From the NCBI GenBank assembly GCA_963555825.3, contig CAUVXB020000002.1, positions 2,720,001 to 2,784,000 on the forward strand: a stretch of 64,000 nucleotides of DNA. Reading direction: 5' to 3'. Of this stretch, positions 43,859 through 54,022 are shown one piece after another. The stretch is from Alphaproteobacteria bacterium. Lineage in GTDB: Bacteria; Pseudomonadota; Alphaproteobacteria; JAAXGF01. The translations under genes and the position numbers were made by a program. Position 1 is the first letter of the stretch. Each line of letters begins with the position of its first letter. Below the pieces are notes generated by a model. That model saw only the letters and a list, made by a program, of their open reading frames with translations. It ran no database searches and was not told where the DNA came from.

Positions 43859-44805
43859 GCCGCCTGGCGCCGGCGGCACTGTCCCGCGAGAGCATCGTTG
43901 AGGGCCTCGAAGCTCTCGGCCCGCGGGACGGGGACCAGGAAGTTCCGCCGGATGAAGCCGACCAGTCCCTCGACCTTGCCTTTGTCGTTGCCCTTGCCCG
44001 GCCGGCCGAACCTGTCCTCGAACAGATAGTGGGATTGAAGTTCCGTGAAGACGCGCGTTCGCTGCCGCTTCCCATCGCCCAGGATGCGGGCGACTGCCAG
44101 CTTGGTGTTGTCGTACAGGATGGAGCGGGGGACGCCGCCGAAGAACGCAACCGCCGCGTTGTGGCCATCGCAGAACGCCTCGGTCGTCTCCGCCGGGTAG
44201 GCCTTCACGAAGCAGGCATCACTGTGGGGAAGATCGAAGGCAAGGAAGTGGACCTTGCGCGCCACGCCGCCGATCACCGCCATCGCCTCGCCGAAGTCCG
44301 CCTGGGCGTGGCCGGGGGAATGGACGAGCGGCACGAACATCTCGCGCGACCGAAGCCGCCGCTCACGGACATAGTCCTTCACGATGGTGTAGCCGCCGGT
44401 GAACCCGTACTCGTCCCGGAGACGGTCGAAGATCCGCTTCGCCGTGTGCCGTTGCTTGTGGTGGCTGGTCCGATCGTCTTCCAGAATCCGATCGATGATC
44501 CCCGTGAACGGACCCAGCTTCGGCCGCCGTGGCGGCTTGCCGCGGCGATACCCCGGCGGCACCGAGAACGACAGCATCTTGCGTACCGTCTTGCGGTCCA
44601 GCCCGAACACCCGCGAGGCCTCGCGGGTGCTCATTCCCTCGACACGACACGCCCGCCGGACCCGCGCGTACATCTCCACCCGATACATCCCCCCGCCTTC
44701 CAGTCAGAGCAACCCTGACAGAAGGCTATACGCGGTCCCATTTTGGTCCGCCACAGCCGGATCAACCGGCCGCTTCAGTGGGGGATTATTGCGCCGCCGT
44801 TCTCA
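43859..44805 (-). pseudogene. IS21 left end and istA (44688 to 43859), 3'-truncated by IS256
   Basis: KQRHTAKRIFDRL..E.GF.GGYT.VK.YV, PGHAQADFGE, ILYDN, KGKVEGLV. Repeat-containing IS21 end at about 44738-44805. Confidence 0.9.
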
Positions 44806-44806
44806 C

Positions 44807-45263
44807 CCTGGCCCAGGCGCCGCCGCCCGCCGCACTTGAAGCGGGCTGCGATCCCGGGATCCGCGAGGCGCTGGCGGCGAGCGCCGCGCGGGGCGTCGAG
44901 CAGGATCTCGCCGTTATCCGCAATCCCGATCAGGGTATTCGCGATCCGGACTCGATCCTCGACTTCTCCTGCCTGGAGGACCTCTTCAACTACCGGGCCT
45001 TCGACGTGCTGTTCGATCCCGGCCGCGCGCTCGAGGAAATCCTCGGTCTCGCGCAGCGCCGGGTCTGTGAGATCGCGCGGAACACCTACCGCGGCTATGT
45101 CGGGCGCACGCTGGACGCCTCGGTCTATACCTCCCGGCTGCCCCGGTTGCCGGGTCTGCACCGCCTGCCGGGGCTCGATACCGACGCCCGGAACGGCAAC
45201 ATCCTGCAAGACAGTGGGGTCAACGCCGAACGCTTCCGCAGCATCCTGGGAGGTGGGCAATGA
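44807..45263 (+). pseudogene. Cys-containing conjugation-region gene, 5' end removed by IS21
   Basis: Open frame AQAPPPAALEAGCDP...FSCLEDLF...VCEIA. Its stop overlaps the next ATG. Confidence 0.55.
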
Positions 45264-46411
45264 GTACCCCCGTTCGTTGCCGCACGGTCTTCCATGCCGT
45301 GATCCTTGCCACGGCGCTGACCGCAAGGTTGGCGGTTCCGCCCGCGCACGCCCATTCGCCGTGCGATCCGACCGACAACGACCGGGCCGAGGCGAGCCGC
45401 GTGCTCGCCGGTCTCACCCGTGAAATCGACGTCATGGAAGCCACAATCGTCGAGGCTCTTCGCCTGCAAACGGGCCAGCTCTCGGGTTATGCGGCGCAAA
45501 GCGCCAAGGCGGTGACCGGCGCGCTCGACGCCCAGACCAAGCTTCAGGCGCAGATCGCCCGCGAGGTCGAGGAAACCAGGGCCATGCGCGCCCGCCGGCC
45601 GACGGACAGCGGCTGCGCCGCGATCACCGGCCTGGCCGGGCTTGCCGCGGCACGGCAAGCAGCCGAAAGCGCCTATGGGCGAGCCGCGGACGCTGAGACG
45701 GGGCGTATCGCGGGCGACCGCGCCGCCGTTCCCGATGCCGGCGCCGCCGCCGGCAACGCGGCCCGCTTCGAGAGCCTGACGAGTACCTATTGCAACGGCG
45801 CGCGGGCCGGGGAGGATGCCGCGCTCTGCCGGGGCGGGGATGCGCTCCACGCCGCCGATCTCAAAGCCGGAAACCTGTTCGACCGGCGCACCTTCGCGAA
45901 CGAAGCGGAACTGCGCACGGCGGTCGAGCTGTCGCGCAATCTCGCCGTCCCCGTGGTGCACGACCCGCCGGCGCTGGCCTCCGCCGAGACCGATCAGGAG
46001 CGCCGCCGCATCCTGCTCGCCCGCTCCGCCGACGCCCGCGCCGCGCTGGCCGGCGACTACTTCGCCCATGCCCGCGCATTGCGCGCACCGGGCGCCGCGC
46101 TCGGAGCCTGGGCCGCTCTGGCCGCGCCGGGACGCAATGCGGCAACCCCGGTCAGCCGCTATGAGCTTCTGGAGCTGCTCGCCAGCCGCCGGTTCGAGAA
46201 CCCCGGCTGGTTCGTCGGTCTGCAAGCGATGAGCCAGGAGAACCTGCTGCGCGAGCTGGTCACCCTGCAAGCGGTCTCGCTGATGCTCGACTGGCGCCGC
46301 TACCGGCTCGATGAACGGCGTGGCGCCATCGGCGCCACTGGGCTGGCGTTGGCTGCCGAAGGCATGCGCCTTCTGCCCGGCCTCGCCAACCCGGCTGCCG
46401 GAGCGAACTGA
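45260..46411 (+). CDS. TraW/IcmX-like exported conjugation protein
   Basis: Signal peptide. C-terminal RRFENPGW..LQAMSQENLLRELV.LQ resembles IncI TraW/IcmX. Lies upstream of the DotA/TraY gene. Confidence 0.6.
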   Translation: MSTPVRCRTVFHAVILATALTARLAVPPAHAHSPCDPTDNDRAEASRVLAGLTREIDVMEATIVEALRLQTGQLSGYAAQSAKAVTGALDAQTKLQAQIAREVEETRAMRARRPTDSGCAAITGLAGLAAARQAAESAYGRAADAETGRIAGDRAAVPDAGAAAGNAARFESLTSTYCNGARAGEDAALCRGGDALHAADLKAGNLFDRRTFANEAELRTAVELSRNLAVPVVHDPPALASAETDQERRRILLARSADARAALAGDYFAHARALRAPGAALGAWAALAAPGRNAATPVSRYELLELLASRRFENPGWFVGLQAMSQENLLRELVTLQAVSLMLDWRRYRLDERRGAIGATGLALAAEGMRLLPGLANPAAGAN

Positions 46412-46416
46412 CCGCC

Positions 46417-48753
46417 ATGAGCGCGCTCCGCTTCCTGTTCGCCCCGGAGTTGACCCGCTCCTTCACGGACGCGGTGCGGTCTTCTGCCGAACTGATCCAG
46501 CGGATGGGAGTGCGCCGTGACGGGCCAATCGACGGCGCGCCGGCGAACAGGCGCTTGGCAATATCAGCGAACGTTGCAAATGAGGAAGCGAAGGAAAATA
46601 AAGCCACAAATGCCAGAACCGAAAAAGGGCCAAGTCTGCTGCGGAAGACGCGCCTGCTTTCCTGTATCGGCATTCTGGTCCTGCTCGCCGGTGCCGCATT
46701 TATCGGTATAGGTATCGCGGGCCTGCTGCTGGCCGAACCGGCGGCGGCACAGACCATCGGCCGGGGCCTGTTCGCCGATGCCGACCAAGCTACGCGGGAC
46801 GTGCTGGCCTTTCTCGGCGATATCGGCGCGGGCCGCAGCTCCGTGCTCGGCGGCATGCTGTTCGTCTTCAACGGCGGTGTGCTGGCGCTGGCGGGGTTCC
46901 TGCTGGTCTGGCACACGGTGGCCGGCACCCTCGATACCGCCCGCGAGGGCCGCTTCGGCTTCGGCGCCTGGGAGATCGTGCGCATCGTTGCCGCCGTTGC
47001 CCTGATGGCGCCGCTGCCGGGCGGCATGAACGGCGCCCAGCACGCTGTCGTGGGCCTCGCCCATCTCGGAGGGGATTTCGCCAACGCCGTCTGGGAGCCG
47101 TTCTCGGAAGAGGCGCTCGGCGAAGGCGAGCCCATCGCGCCCCGGCCCCGTGAAACGGTCTGGCGCGCCGCCATCGCCCGAACCCTGATCCTGGAGACCT
47201 GCCGGTATGCGGCCAACGGCAGCGCCGCCCGCGCAGGGGATGCACCCTATATAGAACTCCGAGAGTCCGACGAGGCCTACAAAAGCCCTGGAACCGTCCG
47301 GGTCCGGCGCATCGGGGCGAGGATCCTGCATTACGACGGCGCCGGGCGCAGCATGCCGGGCGATCTGTGCGGCGCGATCCGCTTCGCCGGGCTCGCGGCG
47401 GAAGGCGCACGCGGCATCGCCGCCGAGGGGCACCGTAACGCGCTGGCCGGGCTGCTGCCGGAGATCCGCGCCGTCGCCACCGATCTCGCCGGCCATTATG
47501 TGACCGGATCGCCCGTCTACGGCCGGCCCTTGCCCGATCTCGATGCCCTGCTTGAGGGCCGGGGCCTGGCCGAGCGTTATGCGGGCGTGCTCGATACGGC
47601 GCTTGCCCGCGCCGCTTCCGAGGAACGCGCGGAGCTTGCCCGTGTGGTGGCCGAGGATGCCAAGGCGGCAAGCTGGATGTCGGCCGCGAGCTTCTTCAAC
47701 ACCATCGCCCACCGCACCGGCCTGTTTCAGGCCGCCGCCCACAATATTCCGGGCGTCAGCCTGCCGCCGCCGAGCCTGGGGCAATGGGCGCCCGCCGCCG
47801 ATGCCGCCGTCAAGGGACTGACGACTGCCCTGGTCCAGTCGCGCGGCTACCAGCCCATGCTGTTTTCCGCCGCTGCCAGTGGAGCCGCCGCGTTGCCCGC
47901 GCCGGGCGGTGGCGGCGCCATGGCGGCGGGTCTCATGGAGTTCATCGACCTCGACAGCGTGATCGTCGCCGACAGCGGCAATCCCATTGCCGATCTCGCT
48001 TCCCTCGGACACGGCCTGATGAACGCGGCGCTGGCCGCCACGGCCGCGCTGATGGGTGCGGCGGCAGGATCGGGGCTGCTCGAATCCGTGCCCTTCGTCG
48101 GCAAGGGCCTCGATATGTTCGAATCCGTCTGGCAGGTCGCCGACGGCTTCGTCTCCACCGTGCTCGGGCTCCTGCTGATGGCCGGCGCGGTGCTCGCCTA
48201 CCTGCTGCCGGCACTGCCCTTCATCCGTTTCCTGTTTGCCATCCTCGGCTGGATCGTGACCGTCGCCGTGGCGGTACTGGCCGTCACCGTGTTCGCCGCC
48301 GCCCATGTGACGCGCGGCGACGGCAACCGGCTCGCGACACAGGCCACCCGCCTGGGCTGGCTGTTCCTGCCCGGGCTGATCCTGCGCCCGCCGCTGATGC
48401 TGTTCGGCCTGATTGCGGGCTATTTCGTGTTCCTGGCCGGGATCGGGCTGTTCAACGAGGTCTGGCTGCCGCAGATGCGCGACGCGGGCGCGTCGGGCGG
48501 CCTCGGTCCCATCGGCTTCCTCGCCATGCTCACCCTCTACGTGATGATCGCCTACGGGCTGATGAACGCCTCGTTCAAGCTCATCGACCTGCTGCCCTCG
48601 GCCGTCCTCGACTGGATCGGCGGCAGAGGCAGTACGGGCGAGGACGGCGGCGAGCGGGTCGGAGGTGCTGCCGCCGGCGCCATCTCGCGGGTGGGCGGTT
48701 TGCGGATCGGCGCGGGGCCGCGGCGCGGCGGCGGCATTGCCGGGAGCCGGTAA
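46417..48753 (+). CDS. DotA/TraY family type IVB secretion membrane protein
   Basis: FNGGVL...GTLDTAREG, SWMSAASFFNTIA, NPIADLASLGH, AYLLPALPFIRF, LRPPLMLFGL, IDLLPSAVLDWIG. Confidence 0.85.
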   Translation: MSALRFLFAPELTRSFTDAVRSSAELIQRMGVRRDGPIDGAPANRRLAISANVANEEAKENKATNARTEKGPSLLRKTRLLSCIGILVLLAGAAFIGIGIAGLLLAEPAAAQTIGRGLFADADQATRDVLAFLGDIGAGRSSVLGGMLFVFNGGVLALAGFLLVWHTVAGTLDTAREGRFGFGAWEIVRIVAAVALMAPLPGGMNGAQHAVVGLAHLGGDFANAVWEPFSEEALGEGEPIAPRPRETVWRAAIARTLILETCRYAANGSAARAGDAPYIELRESDEAYKSPGTVRVRRIGARILHYDGAGRSMPGDLCGAIRFAGLAAEGARGIAAEGHRNALAGLLPEIRAVATDLAGHYVTGSPVYGRPLPDLDALLEGRGLAERYAGVLDTALARAASEERAELARVVAEDAKAASWMSAASFFNTIAHRTGLFQAAAHNIPGVSLPPPSLGQWAPAADAAVKGLTTALVQSRGYQPMLFSAAASGAAALPAPGGGGAMAAGLMEFIDLDSVIVADSGNPIADLASLGHGLMNAALAATAALMGAAAGSGLLESVPFVGKGLDMFESVWQVADGFVSTVLGLLLMAGAVLAYLLPALPFIRFLFAILGWIVTVAVAVLAVTVFAAAHVTRGDGNRLATQATRLGWLFLPGLILRPPLMLFGLIAGYFVFLAGIGLFNEVWLPQMRDAGASGGLGPIGFLAMLTLYVMIAYGLMNASFKLIDLLPSAVLDWIGGRGSTGEDGGERVGGAAAGAISRVGGLRIGAGPRRGGGIAGSR

Positions 48754-48871
48754 TGATTCACACAGATCGAAATATCCATACCGCAACACACGGCGGGCGA
48801 TGCCGGATCGGAGGCGTCGACGAACGCCCTCCGGATCGGTCTGGAATTACGCCTGCAACCAATGAAGGAGT

Positions 48872-50860
48872 TTGAAACCTGTGCGTTTCCTGCCGATCTG
48901 CATCTCTGTCCTGCTGCTTGCCGCGGGCGCCGGCTGTTCAGCCTACCTGCTGGAGCGTCTCCGCTCCTCCCATATCAGCCTCGCCATTCTCGGCGCCGTT
49001 CTTACCCTGGTACTGCTGGCCTACTTTGCCACCGGCCGCCAGGAGAAGGGCGCCTGGGTCCGTTTCGGGCTCTACGGGGCCGCAATGATGATCTGCGCCG
49101 CGTCGGTCTGGATGGAGATCGTCCGTCCCGTGCTCGAGGCCTCATCCTTCCCGGGCTTCGTCGACCGGCTCACGCGTCTGAGCGGCTATGAACTGGCCTT
49201 GATCGCCGTGCCGCCACCGGGTTTCGCGATTACCTTCATGCTGTGGTTCGAGGTCCTGATCGACAGCCTCAAATATCTCTCGAGCAATAACCGGCGGCAG
49301 CGGGCCGAGTCCGATCTTTATGGCAAGTCGAAGCTGCTCGGCCGAAGGTTTCTGCGCCGCCTGGCCAAACGCCGGGGCATCCTGCTCGGCCAGTGGGGCG
49401 CGGGCCGCAACGCCAAGCTGATCGGCTGGTCCCTGGAAGGCTCCGCCATCACCGTGGCCCCGCCCCGCGTCGGCAAGGGCGCTCTCATCGCCCTTAACCT
49501 GCTGTCGCCCGGCGACCGGGGGTTCCAGGGATCGACCGTCACCATCGACCCGCGCGGCGAACTTTGGTGCATCGCTGCCCGTCGCAGGCGCGAGCTGGGC
49601 CGCCGGGCATTGTTGATCGATCCTTTCGGTGTGGTGGCCAAGCACAAGGAACAGTTCGAGGAAAAAACCCACCTGCCGAATGTCAGAAGCGCGTTCTACA
49701 ACCCGCTCGACTTCATTCGAGACGATGAAAGTCTCGCCGTGCGTGACATCAATGTCCTGCTCGACGCCCTGCTCACGCCGCCGCGCCCGGGTTCGCACGA
49801 AAGCAGCCGCCATTTCTACGAATCCGCCCGCGCCATCGTCGCCGGTTACATGGCCTGGGTGCGTTTTCGCGAACCGAAACGGAAACGCACCCTCGCCACC
49901 CTTTATCAAATGCTATCGATGCTGCCGAAGCAAAGGGAGGCCTTTGCGAAACATGTCAGGTCCAAGAAGCCTTTTGCCGGCGGGCTCACCCATATCGCGG
50001 TCCAGCGGCAGGCCCAGGTCGGCAAGGAAGAGGGTGGGAGCAACTTCACCACCATCGCCAACCAGCTCGCCTTCCTGAATTACCCCGAATTGCTCGCCCA
50101 CACCCAAGAGTCCAGTTTCAATCCCCTGATCCTGGCAGGCGGCAAGACCGACCTCTTCGTGGTCGCCCCGGAGGAGACCATCGAGCACGTCAAGGGCTGG
50201 CTGCGCCTGTGGGTCGCCATCCCGAACGCCGTCGCTGGTATCAAACCGCTCGAACGCGACCTGCTGATCGTTATCGACGAGATGCCGCGGCTTGGCTACC
50301 TCAAGCCGGTCATGGACGGCTACACCATGGCCGCCGGCAAGGGCGTCCACTTCTGGTGCTTCGCCCAGTCGATCTCGGCGCTCGATTCGACCTGGGGCAA
50401 GGAGCACCGCAAGACCCTCCTGCATCTCGCCGAACTGGTCCAGATTCTGGGCTTCCCGCGCACCGACGCCGAGGGCGCGGAGGAACTCTCCAGGGCCATC
50501 GGCACCGCCACCTTCGAGGCCCGGACCGAAAACCGTTCCGGCACCATTGCCGAGAACCGCATCGTCACCGCCAACACGCAATGGCAGGCCGGCGATTCCC
50601 GCGCCCTGGTGCGCGAGCGCCTGATCACCCCCGACGAACTCATGACGCTTGGGCCCGACCGCCAATACGTCATCGCCTCGCCCAAGGACATGCCGCGCGA
50701 TGCGCTGCATCTCCATCACGCGCGCTACTGGCGCCGCTGGGACTCCCGCGATCTTGCCGATCCCAACCCGTTCGTCATCCGCAAGGACAGCGCCGCGGAT
50801 TCCGGTGAAACGTGGGCGTGGCCACGATTCAAACTACCGTTTGGAGGAAAAACATCATGA
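48872..50860 (+). CDS. VirD4/TraG-like type IV coupling protein
   Basis: N-terminal TM helices, Walker A APPRVGKG, IDPRGEL, YNPLD, Walker B LIVIDEMPRLG, FAQSISAL, R.LITPDEL. AAGGAG RBS with TTG start. Confidence 0.9.
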   Translation: MKPVRFLPICISVLLLAAGAGCSAYLLERLRSSHISLAILGAVLTLVLLAYFATGRQEKGAWVRFGLYGAAMMICAASVWMEIVRPVLEASSFPGFVDRLTRLSGYELALIAVPPPGFAITFMLWFEVLIDSLKYLSSNNRRQRAESDLYGKSKLLGRRFLRRLAKRRGILLGQWGAGRNAKLIGWSLEGSAITVAPPRVGKGALIALNLLSPGDRGFQGSTVTIDPRGELWCIAARRRRELGRRALLIDPFGVVAKHKEQFEEKTHLPNVRSAFYNPLDFIRDDESLAVRDINVLLDALLTPPRPGSHESSRHFYESARAIVAGYMAWVRFREPKRKRTLATLYQMLSMLPKQREAFAKHVRSKKPFAGGLTHIAVQRQAQVGKEEGGSNFTTIANQLAFLNYPELLAHTQESSFNPLILAGGKTDLFVVAPEETIEHVKGWLRLWVAIPNAVAGIKPLERDLLIVIDEMPRLGYLKPVMDGYTMAAGKGVHFWCFAQSISALDSTWGKEHRKTLLHLAELVQILGFPRTDAEGAEELSRAIGTATFEARTENRSGTIAENRIVTANTQWQAGDSRALVRERLITPDELMTLGPDRQYVIASPKDMPRDALHLHHARYWRRWDSRDLADPNPFVIRKDSAADSGETWAWPRFKLPFGGKTS

Positions 50861-51570
50861 CGGAACAACACGAGTTATTGGAAAACACCGCGAGCCGAGT
50901 GGACGAGGCGCCCGGGACGGCAGCGCCCGCGGACCCGCCGGGGTTCGATATTCCGCCAATCGAAGAGGATCGCGGCGAGCCGGATAAAACTGTCCCGCTG
51001 GAACGGAGCGTTGAAACGGCGCCGGAGACCGGCGGTAGACCGGAAACAGATGCAGCCGTGGAAAACCCAACACTCAAGGATGTGTTCGGTCTGGTGCAGC
51101 GCCTTTCTACGCAGAATGTACGAGAGGAGAAGGAAGACGGAGCCCGGTTGAACGCCGGCACCCGCAAACTCCTGGAGATCACGCGGAAACTGACGGCGCA
51201 CGCCGATGAGACCCGATCACTCCTCGACGGACTCTCGGCTGCAGGTGCGCGGCAGCAGGAAGCCCAGGCGGTGGCGGACCGCCTTGAGGAGGCAATCGTG
51301 GACTACGCGGCTGATTTGCGCCGCGCGGCCAGCCATGGCCGCCGCCGCTGGACGTGGCCGGGGCTCGCGCTGGCCGTGGCCGTGCCGGCCTTCTTCCTGC
51401 TCGGCGTACTGGTCGAACAACAGTTCGCGATCATCCCCCTCGACGATCCGACCGGAGGGTGGCGCGGCTATATCTGGGATAACTACGGCAACCAGGTAGC
51501 TGATTGTGCCAGGCAAGCGACGAAAACGAACCGGGGGGTGAAGTGTTCGTTCGACGTTCACAGGCTTTGA
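50857..51570 (+). CDS. Hypothetical membrane protein (acidic N-terminus, coiled coil, TM, Cys pair)
   Basis: GGAGG RBS, ATGA overlap with the coupling-protein stop. Confidence 0.7.
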   Translation: MTEQHELLENTASRVDEAPGTAAPADPPGFDIPPIEEDRGEPDKTVPLERSVETAPETGGRPETDAAVENPTLKDVFGLVQRLSTQNVREEKEDGARLNAGTRKLLEITRKLTAHADETRSLLDGLSAAGARQQEAQAVADRLEEAIVDYAADLRRAASHGRRRWTWPGLALAVAVPAFFLLGVLVEQQFAIIPLDDPTGGWRGYIWDNYGNQVADCARQATKTNRGVKCSFDVHRL

Positions 51571-51946
51571 CGGCGAGACACCGGCGACGCATCGAACAAT
51601 GCCACCGGGCAGAGCTGGGCCAATGCGGTAGTTCTTCAGGCGGGGCACCGCCCTGAAGCAGCGACATTTACCACGACTCGCCTCGGGTAGCCATTTGCGG
51701 AGTCGCTTGCGTGGATTTCCAGCAGCAGCCCGGCCAGCGCGTTGCAGCGCCAGGTTTGAGTTTCAGGGTGGGAGCCGACCCCAGATGCGCCACCAACTTT
51801 TTCAACAGGCTGCTAAGCGGTAGACACTTATTTCGATGTGGCAGGCCGAGTGCAGGTGTAGAAGAAGGCGCGGCCTTCAGATGGTCAGCGTTTGGCTGCC
51901 TCACGCGCGGAGTCGACGAGAATGGGCGACGAGAGGAGAAGATGAA

Positions 51947-53218
51947 ATGAACCGTACATTCACCACGGCCACCGACGACAAGCTGATCGAATTGATCCAG
52001 TCCGCGGTACACCGCCTGATCATCGTCGCCCCCGGCTTGACCACTCCGGTCGCCGAGGCGCTTGGACACTGTATTGGAACCCTCTCGGCACAATCGTTGA
52101 CGGTTATTCTCGACACCGATCCGGAAGTCTATCGCATGGGTTATGGTGATATGCAGGCCCTGGAAAACATCCGCCGAGCCAGCTCCCAGGAGCTGTTCGA
52201 GCTCCGCGAGCAACCAGGCGTTCGCATCGGTGTCATCGTTTCTGACCATCGGGCCATGGTTTACTCACCCGTACCACGCAATGTCGAGGCCGGCTCAACG
52301 AGCGTCGAGAAGCCGAACGCACTTGTGATCGAGGGTGAAGCCGCGGACACATTGGCCCTTGCAACTGCGCTCGCGGGAGCCCAGACGGAAGTCGGGCAGA
52401 CCGCACTGACATCCGAGCGGGTCGATCAAATGGTCGCGAACCTGAACGCGGATCCACCGCAGCCCTTCGATCTGAGCAGAAAACTGAGAGTCTTCAGGAG
52501 CGAAGTACAATTCGTTGAGCTGAAGATGACGAATGCCACATTTCGTTCGCGCAAGATCCAGCTGCCTGCCCAGTTTCAAAAGCTTAAGGACATGGACTTG
52601 CGATCCCGTATTTCCTCGACACTCAAGATGCCCATCGATCTTGAGACCGAGTTGGAAATATCGATTGGTTTCGGCGCAGGTCGCGAGACGTTGATGGTGA
52701 ACGAGAAGTACATCGTACGTGAGCGCCAACAGCTTGAGCGCGTGTTTTTCCATGACTGGAAGGCGCGTGGAAAGGTGATTCTGCGAAAAGACAAGGAACA
52801 AGCGGGCAAGCAGTTGGATCGTCTGATTGGAATCATCAAGGCATATCACTGCGTTCTTCAAGGGACAATCCATGAGAGTAGGAAGACTTTTTGCGAACAA
52901 TTCGTCACCGAATTTGTCGATCTTTGGAAGGAACAGCCACCAGCGCATTTGCGCATGCGTGATGACATGGACGAACAGTCATACAAAACCGACTTGGAAC
53001 GCGAGGCCGATCAGCTGTTCGACAAAGCCGTGGCCTTTGGCGATCCTCACCACACCGTCGTATACAAGGACGTGGCAATCGAGGATCTTGCCGATCCCGC
53101 ACTGATGGAAGAGTTGAAGCAGTTGATGCGAAGGGCACGAGTCGGTGAAAAAACGCTCACAAAGCTCTTTGAAGTTGTAGACGCTGCAGCGGCCAAGGAC
53201 TCGACGCAGAATGCGTGA
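51947..53218 (+). CDS. Hypothetical protein with PLD-like N-terminal fold and helical C-terminus
   Basis: LIELIQSAVHRLIIVAPG...LTVILD...VRIGVIVSD pattern without HxK. AGGAG RBS. Confidence 0.7.
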   Translation: MNRTFTTATDDKLIELIQSAVHRLIIVAPGLTTPVAEALGHCIGTLSAQSLTVILDTDPEVYRMGYGDMQALENIRRASSQELFELREQPGVRIGVIVSDHRAMVYSPVPRNVEAGSTSVEKPNALVIEGEAADTLALATALAGAQTEVGQTALTSERVDQMVANLNADPPQPFDLSRKLRVFRSEVQFVELKMTNATFRSRKIQLPAQFQKLKDMDLRSRISSTLKMPIDLETELEISIGFGAGRETLMVNEKYIVRERQQLERVFFHDWKARGKVILRKDKEQAGKQLDRLIGIIKAYHCVLQGTIHESRKTFCEQFVTEFVDLWKEQPPAHLRMRDDMDEQSYKTDLEREADQLFDKAVAFGDPHHTVVYKDVAIEDLADPALMEELKQLMRRARVGEKTLTKLFEVVDAAAAKDSTQNA

Positions 53219-53249
53219 CCGTGGTCGCTTGCAACTACCCGTCGCCATC

Positions 53250-53445
53250 CGAGCGGCCAGAATTGGAACCAGCCAGGAAAGTCAAGGAACGCGAGCGCCA
53301 AGTCCGTGGCCGCTCGGCGAAGGCGCCGCCCACACTGGACGCCGACGTCCACCAGGAACTTGAAGCCACGGACGCCTTGCTCGGCGACCCCGACGCTGTC
53401 CGCGCCTTCGTGTTCGATGCGGCGCAGAGACTGGCCATTTCCGTT
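53250..53445 (+). pseudogene. Possible fragment of an SNF2/DrmD-like helicase C-terminal region
   Basis: VHQELEATDALLGDPDAVRAFVFDAAQRL, followed by IS-end-like sequence. Weak recognition. Confidence 0.3.
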
Positions 53446-54022
53446 ACCTCACCACTGTTGTCCGAGAGATTTGTAAAGCGCGCAATAAACGATCGCCCTG
53501 AACATAACCACCGCGTCCCAGGGCTTCGCCCGGCGCGTGACTTCCGTTCCTCGGCCGGTCTGCTCCATGCCGCATTAAGACGCGGACTGAGGTGGCCCCG
53601 GAAAATCAGACAGGTGTTTAAGCGGTGATTCGACACCCTCGCGATGGTGCCGACGCGAAGCAGCCGAGGCATGGCCTCTGTGGGTGGTCCCGATCGGCGA
53701 CATGCCGGCGGGACTGCACGGATCGGCGCGCACCGTGAGCTTCAGGAACGAACGAGTCGTGTCCGGCATCGCGTACAGCGGCGCAGGCACAACCGCGGGC
53801 CGTCTCGTGCCGGCCATGCCGCCGGCAGTCTCCGCGGCAGCCCGTGCACTCGCGTCCGCACCGGTGGGGACGCGAGTGCGGCGAGCGCTGCCCGGGGAGA
53901 GCGCCACTGGTTTCGGACGGGACATCGCATCGCCGCTGGCCTTGGCGCCGACATCACGCCGACCGTTCGATTAATGTCAAACTGCCAGCCATGGCCGGCT
54001 GAGCGTCTTGGCTAGAACTGCC

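Noticed and set aside
53575-54015. Several overlapping ORFs after an IS3-like end at about 53588
   Set aside because: No frame gives a recognisable protein. Treated as debris.
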